From positions 372,001-436,000 of the forward strand of contig JAYWIR010000066.1 of the NCBI GenBank assembly GCA_036172245.1: a stretch of 64,000 nucleotides of DNA. Direction: 5' to 3'. Source of the DNA: Raillietiella orientalis. Lineage: Eukaryota. The position numbers and the translations under genes are program-made. Numbering within the stretch: position 1 is the first letter of the stretch; each line of letters opens with the position of its first letter. Below the pieces are notes generated by a model. It was not told the origin of the DNA. It did not search any database and worked only from the letters and a program-made list of their open reading frames with translations. Shown one piece after another: positions 1-11,745 of this stretch.

Positions 1-1104
1 TTAGGAACAGGGTTAAGGATCCGTGCTGCCGGGGCACAGCGGGGTCGCGAGCCTTTCCAGGGTCGCCGCCTCCCCCCCGCCGGCATTCCCAGCGCATCCA
101 GAGTGGCGGGGTCCTTCCCTGGCAGTAGGAGGAGCCTCGGGCAACCTACCGGGAGCGTCGCCTACACTGCAGCCAGGCGCGCGTCGCCGGACCCCCGTTC
201 AGAGGTCCGGGACTGCCGTAGGGCAGGGGTCACGGGGATTCTCCCTTCCATCTTCCTCCTCGCGAAGTGCCGACTCCGGCGAGCGTTCGAGAGAGAGCTC
301 TCCCAGGGGAAGGTGCTTCCAGGGGCTTCGTGGGGACGGGATCACATCCGGGATTGAACCCTTAGTCTTCCTGTCGGACCAGGCCGTCCCTGGCGTAAGG
401 GTTTCGCCCCGGGCTCGAAACCGGCGGCTCGTGCCGTCGCCTCCCGGCGACCCGGCCTCGTGGGTGTGTGGCTCGGACACGTCCGGGGGTCCGAGCCGAC
501 TGCAGGCCCAGGGCATCTCCCGGCAGCCCTGGGCACCTCGCTCCGCAGGCTTACTGAGCCGCCTCCGGCAACGTCCGGCAGATGGGGGAGGCGCGGGTGA
601 CCCGGGAGAGCAGCGCGGGCCGCTCCACAGGGTGCAGCGAGAAGCGCGTGGACCCCGCGCACTTCCCTTCCCGCGCGCGCCGCCTTCTCGAGCGACGCGT
701 GCGCTCACTCCGGCGGGCAGCGGCACGCGTGCCTCGGGACGACGAGGTCAGGTCGCGCCGGGCGTCTCTTCACGCCCGCCGCCGCCACCTTTCCCGACGT
801 CGAGGGCAGCGGGACGTGCAGGGCACGCCTGGTAAAGCCGACGGAGGCGGACGGGCGCGCGCGCAGTCTGCGAGAATCTCCGGGCCGGCGGGCGGAATCG
901 CCGCGGGGCGTCTTTCCGCCCCACGGGCGGGTCGCTGAGCGCGCTCCAGGGACTGTCGCAGGCCCGCCGCCACTCCGGGGTCGGGTCGGTGACCTCAGAC
1001 GGCACGGGACGACAAACACCTCCGCCCTTCTGGGAGCCACGCCACCCGTGGCACCAGCGAGCTGCCGCGAAGCTGTAGGCGATGCCGTTCGTCACGCGCG
1101 TGGA

Positions 1105-1590
1105 GCCAAGCCGGTCGCGGGTTCGAATCCCACCTGGGGGAAGGGATCGACTCCGGAGAAATGGGGAAGTGGAGGGGGGAGTTCATTGTGGGTTTTCGAG
1201 TCCCCTCCCTTCCCTCCCCTCCAGAATGATCTACATTCGGGAGCGGCTGGTGGGAACTGGATGACCTTCCGGGACTGGAAGTTGACCCTCCGGGAGGTCC
1301 TTCCATCGAGGGGGTCTGTTCCGGTCGAGAAAATGGGGCCGTTACCATGGAGCTGGTCGACATCCCCCTAGAGGGGCTGCCTTTCCAGAGCGCAAGAAAC
1401 GCTCCCGATTTCTCTTCAGGGAAATCTGGGAGCGCCCCTTCCGAGTTCTCTTCGGAGGAGGAAACGAGGGGCAGACTCTTTCCGGGGGGTCCCTCCGGAG
1501 AGTATGAAGAGTTCCCTCCGGGGTCCCTCCTTGAGTGTGAGAGAGGAACGAACGCCTTCCTGGATTCATGGGAGGTCGTCTCCCGGGGTC
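1105..1590 (+). mobile_element. tRNA-headed SINE-like dispersed repeat, copy 1
   Basis: B-box/T-arm motif GGGTTCGAATCCC at ~1119-1131. The body (ccgttaccatggagctggtcgacatccccc...ctgcctttccagagcgcaagaa...ttctcttcggaggaggaaac) aligns by eye with 6580-7020 (+) and 10985-11430 (-). Confidence 0.65.
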
Positions 1591-2387
1591 GTCCCCCCTG
1601 CAACTTGGAGGGTCAGCGTGCGCACCCTCGAGTGACGCGGGCGACGCCAAGGAGCCTCGCGATCCGCCCTTCGAAGAAGACGACCTCGGCACCGGGACGA
1701 CCCTCCCTGGAGCCACGCGCAGGTGCCGCGCGGTCCTGGCAGGATTGCCGGGTCGGCAGCGCCCGCGCCCGCCGCCATCCGCCCCGCTGCGGGCTCCGGC
1801 GGAGCGAGGGAGCGGGGAGGGGCGACCGGGGACCTCTGAAGCCTCGGAGGGGGAGGAGGAGGTCGCGCCTCGCCGCTGCCGGCCCCGGAAGGACTCCGGG
1901 AAGTCCGGCCGGAGCGTCGGGGTCCTCCGGGAGAATGCGCCGGCTGGCGCAAGCGAGCCGAGGGTGGGGGCCGCCCTCCACCCTGGAATTCTTCCCTTCC
2001 CAGCAGGGAGGAAGGGACGGCCCCACCCGGAGGGGGGTTCCGCAGCCCCCGGGTCCGGAAGCCGTCTCGCGCGCAAGGGAGGCTCCCGGGTCCCCCCTGG
2101 CGCTCCTCACAGAGGGTGTCCATGGCGTCGCCGGGCGGACGGTTTTCGGCCTGCTCGCCGGGACGCCTCCGACTGTGACGTGTAATCCAATGAACTCCCC
2201 TCCCTCCCCTTTCTGGGGAAGGGATCTTCCTGAGGATTTCGATTTCCTGACCCTCAGATGGGAACGGCTGATGCGGGGAGGAGAGGGAGAAAGGGAGAGG
2301 GAAAAGGGAGGGGGATGAGGGGGAAGACGTCACTCTAGTCATTGACGCGGACGCTTCGGGTCGCTCGGAGGCACCAAGGAAGCGCCT

Positions 2388-2424
2388 CGTCATCATCATC
2401 ATCATCGTCGTCGTCGTCATCATC
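2388..2424 (+). repeat. (CAT)n/(CGT)n compound trinucleotide microsatellite
   Basis: cgtcatcatcatcatcatcgtcgtcgtcgtcatcatc. Confidence 0.8.
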
Positions 2425-3765
2425 AACAAGAACAGCAAGAGCAGCAGCGTCGAGCCCACCACGAATCGACTCCCCCGTGTCTCCCTTCGCCGCTTCCCAG
2501 CCCACGGGGAGGGGGGGAGGGGGGCCGCTTCGTTCCGCCGATGACCCAGGCGGCGCGCGTGCCCCGCGCGTCTCGCCTGCGTCTCGCGGCCGCCACGGAT
2601 CCCTCGCAGGCGCTTGCGCGCGTGCGGGCAGAGGACGGGAAGCGAGGAGAGAGAGAGAGAAAGAGAGAGAGGGGGGAGGGAAGGAAGACGTCGAAGGGCT
2701 TCACGGAGTCGCGGGGGTCGCTCCCTCCCTCCCCCTGGCAGCAGGGCGCCATCAGCACCCGGCTCGCGTGCTCGACTCCCCGAGGCGGAGTGGGAAGGCC
2801 AGTCCTCCCACGGCCCCTTCGCTCCCGGCTCCCAGCCCGAACGCCCGGCAGGGACGGCGGCCGCGGAGAGACCGCTCACGCGCTCGTCCGCCCCGCGGCA
2901 GGGGAGTGCAGGCGGTCGCGAGAACCGCCCGCGCTTCCAGCCGACCCGGAACGGGAGAGGAGGAAGCCGTCGCTCCGGAAAGCTCCCGGTCCCCGCGCAC
3001 GTGAGCCGGGAGAGGGGGGGGGGGGGGGCACCCGGCAACTTCTTCCCACGGGACGAAGAGCTACCGGGAAGGCGAGCTCGGGGAAGGGACGGTTCTTCTC
3101 GCCTGCGTCGCTCCTCCTCGTCGCCCGGAGGGACCGCCTTCCGACCGGGAACTCTCCCGGGCTCTTCCTGGCAACGGACGCTATCGGGATGCAGGATCGA
3201 GGCCGCTCTCCATGCCGGCAAGTCCCCTCATTGTCGTCCCGTTTTCCTCCAATTTGCGCCCCGCGGGACCCCATTCTGTTTCGATATGCACGTCCTTTCG
3301 GTGGGGCGGAGGGGCGGTGATAAAAAAAAAAAAAAAAAAAAGAAAAAAGAAGGAAAAAAAAAAAAGGGGGCGGCGGGGAGGGAGAAGTGAAAGGCTCCTT
3401 AATGGGGGAGAGGGACCCCCGCTCCGCGGTAGCCGTCTCGGAGGGAAAGCGCGTGCGGAGTCCCCCCCGCTGCAGCGGCGGCAGCAGCGCCGCCGCCGGG
3501 GTCCGCTGCTGCGTCATCACCGCTCGAGATCTTCAGATAAGCATCGATTTCTCCCTCCCTCCCGGAGCGCGAGCGCGGGGAAAGGTCTCCCCGCATTGGC
3601 TTGCGCGCGACCAATGGAACGCCTCGCTCCGAGCGACGGCACCGCCTGGACGGATTCCGCCAGAAGCGCGCAATCCGCCCATCCCTATCTCCGGTAATCA
3701 CTTTTTTAACAAAGGCTCTTTTTTCCTCTTCTTCTTCTTTTTTGGGTCTCTCTCCTCCCCTTTCC

Positions 3766-3797
3766 CCTCCTCCTCCTCCTCCTCCTCCTCCTCCTCC
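3766..3797 (+). repeat. (CCT)n microsatellite
   Basis: About 10 tandem CCT units. Confidence 0.8.
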
Positions 3798-6579
3798 CCT
3801 TCCCTCCCTCCCCTGATGGAACATATTCTTCCTGTTAATGCATCCCTTTCACATGTCACGCGGAATCTGATATTTTCTCCGGTGACAGCTTTTATGAAGA
3901 CGTGGCTTTGTGTTGCTCGGGAATTTTTCCAGCGTTGAGGCTGGAGGTTCCCGGACCGAACCAATAAAAAAAAGGAAAAGGCGGGTTCGGATAACAGCGG
4001 CCCCGCGATTCCCGGATGCTGCTCTCCGCAGCGCCGTGCGTGCGGAGCGGCGAGGGGGGGAAGCAAGAAAGAAGGAGAAGAAGAAGAAGAAGAGAAGGAA
4101 AAAAGAAAAAAAGAGGGGGTGTGTGTGTGTGTGTGGAGAAAAGCGCCGAGGCACGCGAGGCGGTTGCCATCGCGACCGGGGCGGTCTCCTCCTCCCGGCC
4201 CGCTTGGAGCGTATCGCCGGCCTCACTCAACTGCGGGGAGGAGAGAGATCCCTGTTGCTTGCTCCTCCGTAGGCGCGGACGGAGCGAGCGAGCGAGCTCG
4301 GACGCAACCCTGCCTCCGGCGCCGAGCAGGGGAATTTCGTTTTCCACGCCGCCCTCCTCCCTTCCCCCCACATTTTCTTATTTCTCTGCCGAAGCGCGAG
4401 AGCCGGTGGCCCGCTGCCGCTGTTGCCGGGGAGATGGCAGCACCTCCGCAGGACCCGTTAATGAATTTCTCCCGCTGCAAGTTGACGCGCGTGTTTATCT
4501 TCCACTTTGGAGTGTTTTGCGCTGCAAATTGGGGATGAGTTTGACTGGCGCAAATATGACCGGCTGATGCGTGCGCGAGACGGCGCTGATATTCCCGACG
4601 AGCCCCGCGTGGGGAACCGAGGGGGAGGAAGGGCGGCAGAGGAGACGGCTCGAAGGCGGTGTCAGAAAAATCACTTTCGAGGGCAAGCGGCGGATCCCGA
4701 AAAAATCGGCAGCGTGTTTCCCCTCCTTCCCGCAGCGAATGGGAAAGAATCCCCACCCCCCTCTTCTTCTCTTTCCTTCCTTGCCTTTCCTTATTTTGCC
4801 TTTCGCCTCGTGGCTTCAGCAGCGCCAGCCGAAAACCGAACAGCGGGGCAAAAACCGCGACACGAGGGGTCGGCCCTCGCGCGCGCCACGCACATCCCTG
4901 CCACGTCCCCGCGGCCGGATTTTTGGCCGGCACAGGAACGGGGGATCCCGAGGGGGTCGCAACTCTGGAATGTCCCGGCGGCGCGCGAGCCGGGCACTCC
5001 CGGGAGTCCGCGAACCACGCCGCGGAAACCGAAGCGGGAGCAGGAATCATCCTCTCGCCCGGATCGCTTTTGGGGAATCCCCACGCGCGGAATTCCATCC
5101 CATGCGTGGCCACCGGAAACTGCGCGGCGCCCTTGATGAGCGGGAACGCGCTCCTACGTCCACCACCCTGTCCGCCGGGTGTGGCTGGAAACAGGATGAG
5201 CCGGTCGCAAGTGCAGCTCGCTACCTCCTCTGCGGTGCCTAGCGACGAAAGCTTTCCGGGATGCCTCGGGGTGCGGGGAAGGGAAGGCACTTGTGACCCA
5301 CGCGGAGGACACGGGTGGCATTCTGCGTGGGTCGACAAACAACGGAGCGTCCATTTGGGACTCCACGTGGGAAACCCAGTTCGCGAGGGCGGTTTCAGGT
5401 TGTCCCCGAGACCGGTTTCTAGGGGTGGGTGCCCGCGCGGCTGCGCTTCTCCAGAGGCGCGCATCATTCTTACGCTGTGCGAGGCGCGGGACCCGGGAGC
5501 GGCTTCGACCGGTGGCCGGAAAAGCTGCAGCTGCGTCATCGCCGTCGAAGAAGCACAAGATGCGCTTCTCGCCTGTCGGGAGAGGAGGGTCGCAGCGGAG
5601 GGGTTCCGGAGAGGGCCGCGCCCGGAGACAGGGGCGTCTTCACCCGGAGGGACGACTTGTTTCCCTCTTGGGTGTCCGGCGGCCAGCGGGGTGGCTGCTG
5701 CGGCTGCCGCCCCGGGCGCCACTGAGTGCGGAAGGACCGCTCGTCCTTCCCCGGGCGCGCTTCTCGGTTCCGCCCTGGGTCGCATGAGACCGGGACGCGG
5801 TTGCCAAGGAGTTCTCCCACCTGCGCTCCGTTCGGCTGCCACGGATTTGGCGAGCAAGTGGGGGCGAAGGGAGGCTGCCACCTGCAAGAGACGGAGACTG
5901 GCGCGTTCTCTCCCCGGAAAGAAAGGAAGGAACCGCCGGCGAGGGATCGCGAGGGTCGGCGCCGTAAGAGGGTCGTGTCTCGAAGATGGACCGCGTCCAG
6001 AGACCGAACCCCGTCTAGCCTCAGGCCAGATGGGCGGATCGCGTGCGCGCGTCCGAGGTCCGGTCCGAGGTCCGCGCTCGGCCCTGCGAGGAGCGGGAGA
6101 TCCGGGCGTTTCCCGCGCGCGCCTGCGAGACGGGAAGTCGCCGGACCAGCGGAGCCGGCGAAAGCGCCATCGCCCGCCTGCGCCTCTGGCGGCGGCTCCG
6201 TGGAAGGTCATCTCCGGATGAAGATGCGCGCTATGACACACCTGCGCTTCCGGCACGCCGCCGTCGCGAGGAGAAGGCGGGGGGAACAACAGCGTCTGTC
6301 GCCCTGAGCTTTCCAGAGAGCCGCGCCCCGGAGGGCGCAGATCCGGGGAGGGTGGCGCGTAGTCTGCCGTCCCGTCGCCTGCTGCATCCTTCGACGAAGA
6401 GGTCATCTCCGGGGCGCGCCCTCGCGAAAGCAGCCGGCCCACCCCGAGACTGGAAACGGCAGCTTCCGGAACACTGCCTCCGCCCTCCATCCTTTCCCAC
6501 CCTTCTTCCCTGCCACCGCGAACCCCGTGGCGGCGGCGGCGCCGCTGAAGCAGCAAAGGTCTCCCTCGGAACGAGGAAG

Positions 6580-7020
6580 CGCTAGGCTGGAAGTGACCCT
6601 GGGTTCCTTCCAGGAGATCTAGGAGCCCCGGGGACTCCCCTCCGGCTGGGAAAAGGGAGCTGCACCATCGCGCACCATGGAGACAACTGATGCCCCTTCC
6701 CCCTTCCCCCCCTTCCTTTCTTTCTTGCCTCTCCTGAGTGGTGGAGATGGAACCGTTACCATCGCGACGGTCGATGTCCCCCTCGGGGACTGCTGCCTCT
6801 CCAGAGAGCAAGAAGTGCGCTGTTCCCTTTGGGGAGAGCTTCCTTCAGGGGAGAAAACAGGGAGCGGTTCTCTGGCGTGTTCCCTCCGAAGAAGAGCGGC
6901 CCCGCAAACAGGGAGAGAACCGAGGCGGTTCCCTTCCGGATTCCCCTCCCGAGCTTAAGAGCAAGTTCCCTCTTTCCTCCGTAGCCTTTCCCTTCCGGAT
7001 CCATAGGGTGGTGGTCCTGC
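6580..7020 (+). mobile_element. SINE-like repeat, copy 2 (no B-box head seen)
   Basis: gatggaaccgttaccatcgcgacggtcgatgtccccctcggggactgctgcctctccagagagcaagaa matches copy 1 at ~1330-1398. cccttccggatccatagggtggtggtc matches ccttcctggattcatgggaggtcgtc. Confidence 0.6.
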
Positions 7021-8455
7021 CCCCCCCCCCCCCCCCGAGTACCCTCGTCCTCAAGAGTTGATACGCGCCCTCGGGTGGAGCGGACGGTACTTAAAGAGCT
7101 TTGCGAGCCCCCGTAAGGTGGCGAGCGGTTCTTCAGCGCTCCTTGTGTACTCCAAAAGCAAGAGGGGAAAGAAAGGAAAAAGAAAGGGGGGGAGGAAAGC
7201 GGAGGACGGGGAAGAACCGCAAAGGTCGAGCGGTCTCTCGCACGCACGCGCCGACAGGTCGGCGCCCTGGCTTGCCGCTACTCCGAGCTGCCCGGGCCGT
7301 GCGAGGTGGGACCTTTCCTGGGGTCCAGCGAGTGGTCGCCCCGGTTGATGAGAACCGCCGCCGCGCGCGCGTCCCAGTCCCGAGTCCCGACCTCCACGAA
7401 GAGAAGGCCCGGGGGAGGGGGGGAGCCACCGGCCTGCGCGCGCGCACCTTCGTGTCCTCCACCCTGGCCGGCGGGTGCCGCGAGCGAATCGGCGCGAAGG
7501 AGACGCTGGCTCGGCTAGCGCCTTCCTCCGCGTCTGCAGCCGTGCTCCCGGTGCCGGCATCGGAGACGCCGCGCGTTCTCTTGAGCCGAGAAGGGCTCCC
7601 CGGCCGCACCTGGACCCGTGATGATCCTCCACGCGAGAGCCAACTTCCTCGCAGAGAAAAAAAGGGGGGGAGGGAAAGAGGAGAGGGGGGAGAAAGGAGG
7701 AACGACGAGAAGGCGGGAGAGGAAAGATGCAGGAGCGCCTTCGGACGGAGACGGCGCCCGCTTCCCGTGTCTGCCTCCTGGCGCCGGGAGAGGAAGTCGG
7801 GGAGGGGTGGAGGGGAGGAAACGGAATCCTCCCCCCCCCCCCTTCCTCTTCGCTCTCCGGGGGCCGTCGCCCTCTTTGAACGTGGACCCAGACGCGGTGC
7901 TCCTTGCCGCCGGCATTTTCCTCGTTCCTGCTGCGCCTCGGGTGCGCCTGCGAGCGATACGTTCGCGGCTGGCGAGGAAGCCCCGGTCGGGGGCGCGTAC
8001 CCCCGAGCGTACCCTTCCCGCACGGAGCGAATTCGGTCGCGAAGGGTGAGGGCTGACCACCGCGCCGCTCGCGGCGACCGTGTCTCGCGCGCCCTTGCTC
8101 CCCCCTCTTGCCGGCCGGCGCGGCTTTCGTCGAGCACCACCTCAGCCGCCACGTTTCGCCGCCGCTGGCACCGGAGCCCGCCCAGCCAGGGGCTCCAGCC
8201 GGCTCTTCCTCCACCGCCCTACTTTCCGCCCGCGGTGAGTGGCGCGTTCTTTACTCGCAGGAGGAGTCTCCCCGAAGCCTCGCCACGCACTAATTCTCCT
8301 GACCTCTCGGGAGCAGCAGCATCCCTGCTCGGCAATGCAAAACGGTGGCAGTCGGTCTTCGCATCTTCGGTTGGTCCCCAGCGGCGTCCTTTTCATGCGC
8401 TCCCCATCCACAGTCCCCACGAGCCGAACCACCCATGTCCGAATCTCGAAAGATT

Positions 8456-8612
8456 ATAAAGAAAAACACATGCAAACGCGGGTTGTGTACATTCATACAT
8501 AGTATAAAGAACAAATACATAGGATCGTCGTGTACAGCCATAGATAGATTAATCCATAACATAAAGAACAAACTTACAGGCCTATCGTGTATGTCCACAC
8601 ATAGATAAATAT
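8456..8612 (+). repeat. Degenerate triplicated ~48-57 bp unit at the start of an AT-rich island
   Basis: Units begin ATAAAGAA(A/C)AA at ~8456, 8504 and 8561, each followed by ...gtgta...cata(g/c)atag. Confidence 0.55.
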
Positions 8613-10984
8613 GTACATTAACATGTAAATTTATTTTAACGATACGTATTTATTAATATTGATTAACATGCATGTTATTAGCATTATTATTTTTTAATGT
8701 ATGGTTATTAGCATGGACATTATTAATTTACTCAAAAATATGCATTAATGTATTATTAATACATCCATTAAATATCACAAAAACAAATATGTATGTTTCT
8801 TACATGTATCTACGTATATAAGAAATATGTACGAAACGAATATACAAATGTCGAATCGCAAAAAAGAAAAAATAATGGTGGCAGTCAAAGATAGCAGAAA
8901 AAACAGTATACACGTAATCGACGTATACATTTATTTTTCTAGTCTTCAATGTGTATATATTAATACCTATCATCAATTACACTAATAATACGTATGTTGA
9001 TAAATGTTAATTAATTTGTACGCTGAAAATTGCGCATCAGTCCTTATATGAATATGCCTATGAATAAATAAGCATATCCCGTTAATTCTTTGTAATCTTC
9101 CCAATATAGACTGATGTACTTAAAGATATGTACATTAGCAAACACATTCGTATCCGTTCGTTATGATGGCTGGGAACGAAAGCCTCGTCCGCGCGTGGCT
9201 ACGCCGGAGTGCCGCTGGGTGTGGCAGGCAGCGAGCGGCCAAGTGGTTGGCCGTCCACGTCCTTGCAGCTCAGCTTCCCCCCTGCGGCTTCACGCCCGCT
9301 TGTCCACTCGTCGGGCGGCTCGTGGGGCGCCAATCCGCGGCGCCCCGTCGGCGCGCGCTTCCCGGAGAGAATCCTTGCGTACTTTTTCTTCTTCTTGTGC
9401 CCCGCCTCGGGACGCGAAGGCAAGTCCGCAAGAGCCTGGAGCTCTCGGCTCGAATCCGCCTGCGGCGGCGGCACGCGGTTGCGACCGTGGCTGCTGGAAG
9501 GCTTCCCGTGGAAGTGTCCCGCGAGGAGGCCGAACTTCCAGGAACGAGGAAGCGTACCGAACGCCAGAAGCAGGCAGAACGATTCGCGGGCTGGGTCCTG
9601 CGCTTTGGTCTCCGGCCCGAAGGTCGATCCTCCGAGGATGCCACGGCAACGGGCGAGGCAGGTCGTGCGTCGAGACGAAGAGGCGGCGCTTTCCTCAACC
9701 TCCGGGGTCGCCCCTGGGGGCTCGCCCCCGTTTCCGCTCCCACCCATCGGCGCGCCACCTCCCGGTGGACGACGACGCCTCGCGGTGATAAAGCAGCAGC
9801 GCGTCTTCGTGGAGGAAAGGGGTCCAGCGCCGCCTGCCAGCTCCCTACGGACTTGCTACCCCAACCGGGATGGCCTGCTCCGGGAGGACGGCGGCCATTG
9901 TTCGCGTTAATGAGGCATCATAATTGCGATCCATTATCAAAACAATCGCAATCTGTGGCTAATGGCACAGTTGCTGGAGGAAGCGGACCCAGGTGTCCGG
10001 GCAACGGACGTTCCACCCGGCGCGGGCAGGCGCTCAGGAGGAGGATGGGCCCCTGGTGCTCTCGCGCGGAAATCCAGCCTGCGACCGCAGCGAAAGCTTT
10101 CCGAGGGATGCTGCGCCACCATGCTCTCCCGGATGCAGGGTTGCCAGCGCCGGAACGAAGCCACTGTTGGACGGAGCCTCGATGCGTGGCTCCGTGCCAC
10201 TTTGTTCGCCCGGAGAAAGGCAGTCAGTGACGTGTACACGTGAGCTGCCACGGCCACATCCGCATCCGTACCTTCCCGAGCGGGAAAAGAGAGAAGAAGA
10301 AGAAAGAAGGATTTTTCAAAGGCGCAGAGGAACGCAGGCAACCCCCCAATTCCACGGCTGCCAAGTGTTCTTGCACGAATGGCCTTTCGCTCGGGGGTGG
10401 TTTAGATGCAAGAGGGAATGCTTGCTGTTGAACTTCTGACCGGGAGACATCTGAGCACCCATTCCGGGTGCTATCAGGTGTCGGGGGGTGGGATCTCTCG
10501 CAGAGATGCTCTCTTGTTGTCGTTGTTGTTTTCTTTGTGCCTTCGTGAGCATCGTATTCTGGATCGACCGCTGGCACGAGGGAAAAATTCGATACGGACC
10601 CGGAAGCCTTCCCGCTTGGTGGAGGCGCTCCTTCCCCGCGCGCTCTGGAGGTGGCGCCTCGCCGCAAGTGGCAGACGGATGCGCGGTCGAGCCTCCCCGG
10701 CACGGAGCTGGTGGTGGTGGTGACCCGGAGGTCGCGCGCGAGCAGGTTATTTGCAGGCACGGCGCGCGCGCGGAACGAGGACGGCCCTTCTCGCGCGGCG
10801 CGGCGCTCGGCTCTCCGACTGCCCTTCGCCCGCCGAGTCCCTTCGCCGGGTGGCTGGCCGTCTTGGCCCGCCGAGCGCCGAAGAACACGCCTCGCCTCCT
10901 CGGGACAGGGGGGAGAGGTCACGAAGCCCCGCCTCCCTAAACTCTTTCTACGCCGCCCCCGATGGTGCATGAGACACCCTTCAG

Positions 10985-11430
10985 GTGAGGGGGATCACCC
11001 CGAAAGGAACCCTCACTTTGGCCGTCTACCGAAGGAAGCCCTTTCTCATTCTCTCAGGGAGGGAACCCGGGAATGATTTTCTCCCTTTTCCTCCTCTGAA
11101 GAGAACCCCGAAGGGAGCAGTGCCCTTCTTCACACAACCTGGAGAGGCAACCCATGAGGAAGGGGGTTCGCCAACTGGCTCCACGGTAACGACTCCGTCC
11201 TCACAGCTGGAAGGACTCCTTGGTGTCCTGGAAGGATCCCCGGGGCTGGGCTTTCGACCCTAGCCGGGGGGGTTCGGGCGTCCACCCGTGCCACCGGCCC
11301 CCAACATGCCAAACCAGCGTCATTTTGCGGGGGGGGGGGGGAGATTCGAACTGTCACGCCGCACACCCTCCCTTCTCGCCTGCGGTCCGCCCTTGGCCCC
11401 GGAAGGGGGATTCGACCCCGTGACCGGTCT
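10985..11430 (-). mobile_element. SINE-like repeat, copy 3 (inverted)
   Basis: The reverse complement gives accggtcacggggtcgaatcccccttccgggg (head; cf. gccggtcgcgggttcgaatcccacctggggg), gtcgttaccgtggagccagttggcgaaccccc...ttgcctctccag, and ttctcttcagaggaggaaaagggag. Confidence 0.65.
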
Positions 11431-11707
11431 TCGCGGAGCGGCTGCTGGCCGCAGGCGGGCAGCGAGAAAAAGAGCACGCGCGTTGGGAAAACGGCGCGCG
11501 GGGCAGCGCCACGCCGCCAAGGTGGTGCGCGCGGGCGGGCTCCTGCTTCTTCCCGGTGCCCTTCCCGCCTCGATCTTCGGAGAAGGATCGGCGAAGGATG
11601 CCTCGGGCCCTTCGCGGAGGCGCGCGCGCGGATGCGAGGTGCAGGCCGGGCGCTCAACCCCCCGAAGATTCCTCGGTCCCGACTGTTTACTTTGGTCGTC
11701 AAGGAGA

Positions 11708-11745
<38 letters not shown>

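Noticed and set aside
1060..1140. Possible tRNA gene (GGTTCGAATCC)
   Set aside because: No complete cloverleaf could be folded. It is better explained as a SINE head.
1347..3320. Long ORFs (323, 551, 259 aa) including a His/Gln-like triplet run
   Set aside because: They overlap in several frames and cross microsatellites and the SINE-like copy, with no splice or homology support.
4223..6811. 862-aa minus-strand ORF and overlapping 520-aa plus-strand ORF
   Set aside because: These are expected from stop-codon scarcity in very GC-rich DNA. They are R/P/G/A-rich, run through homopolymers and a repeat copy, and have no recognisable domain.
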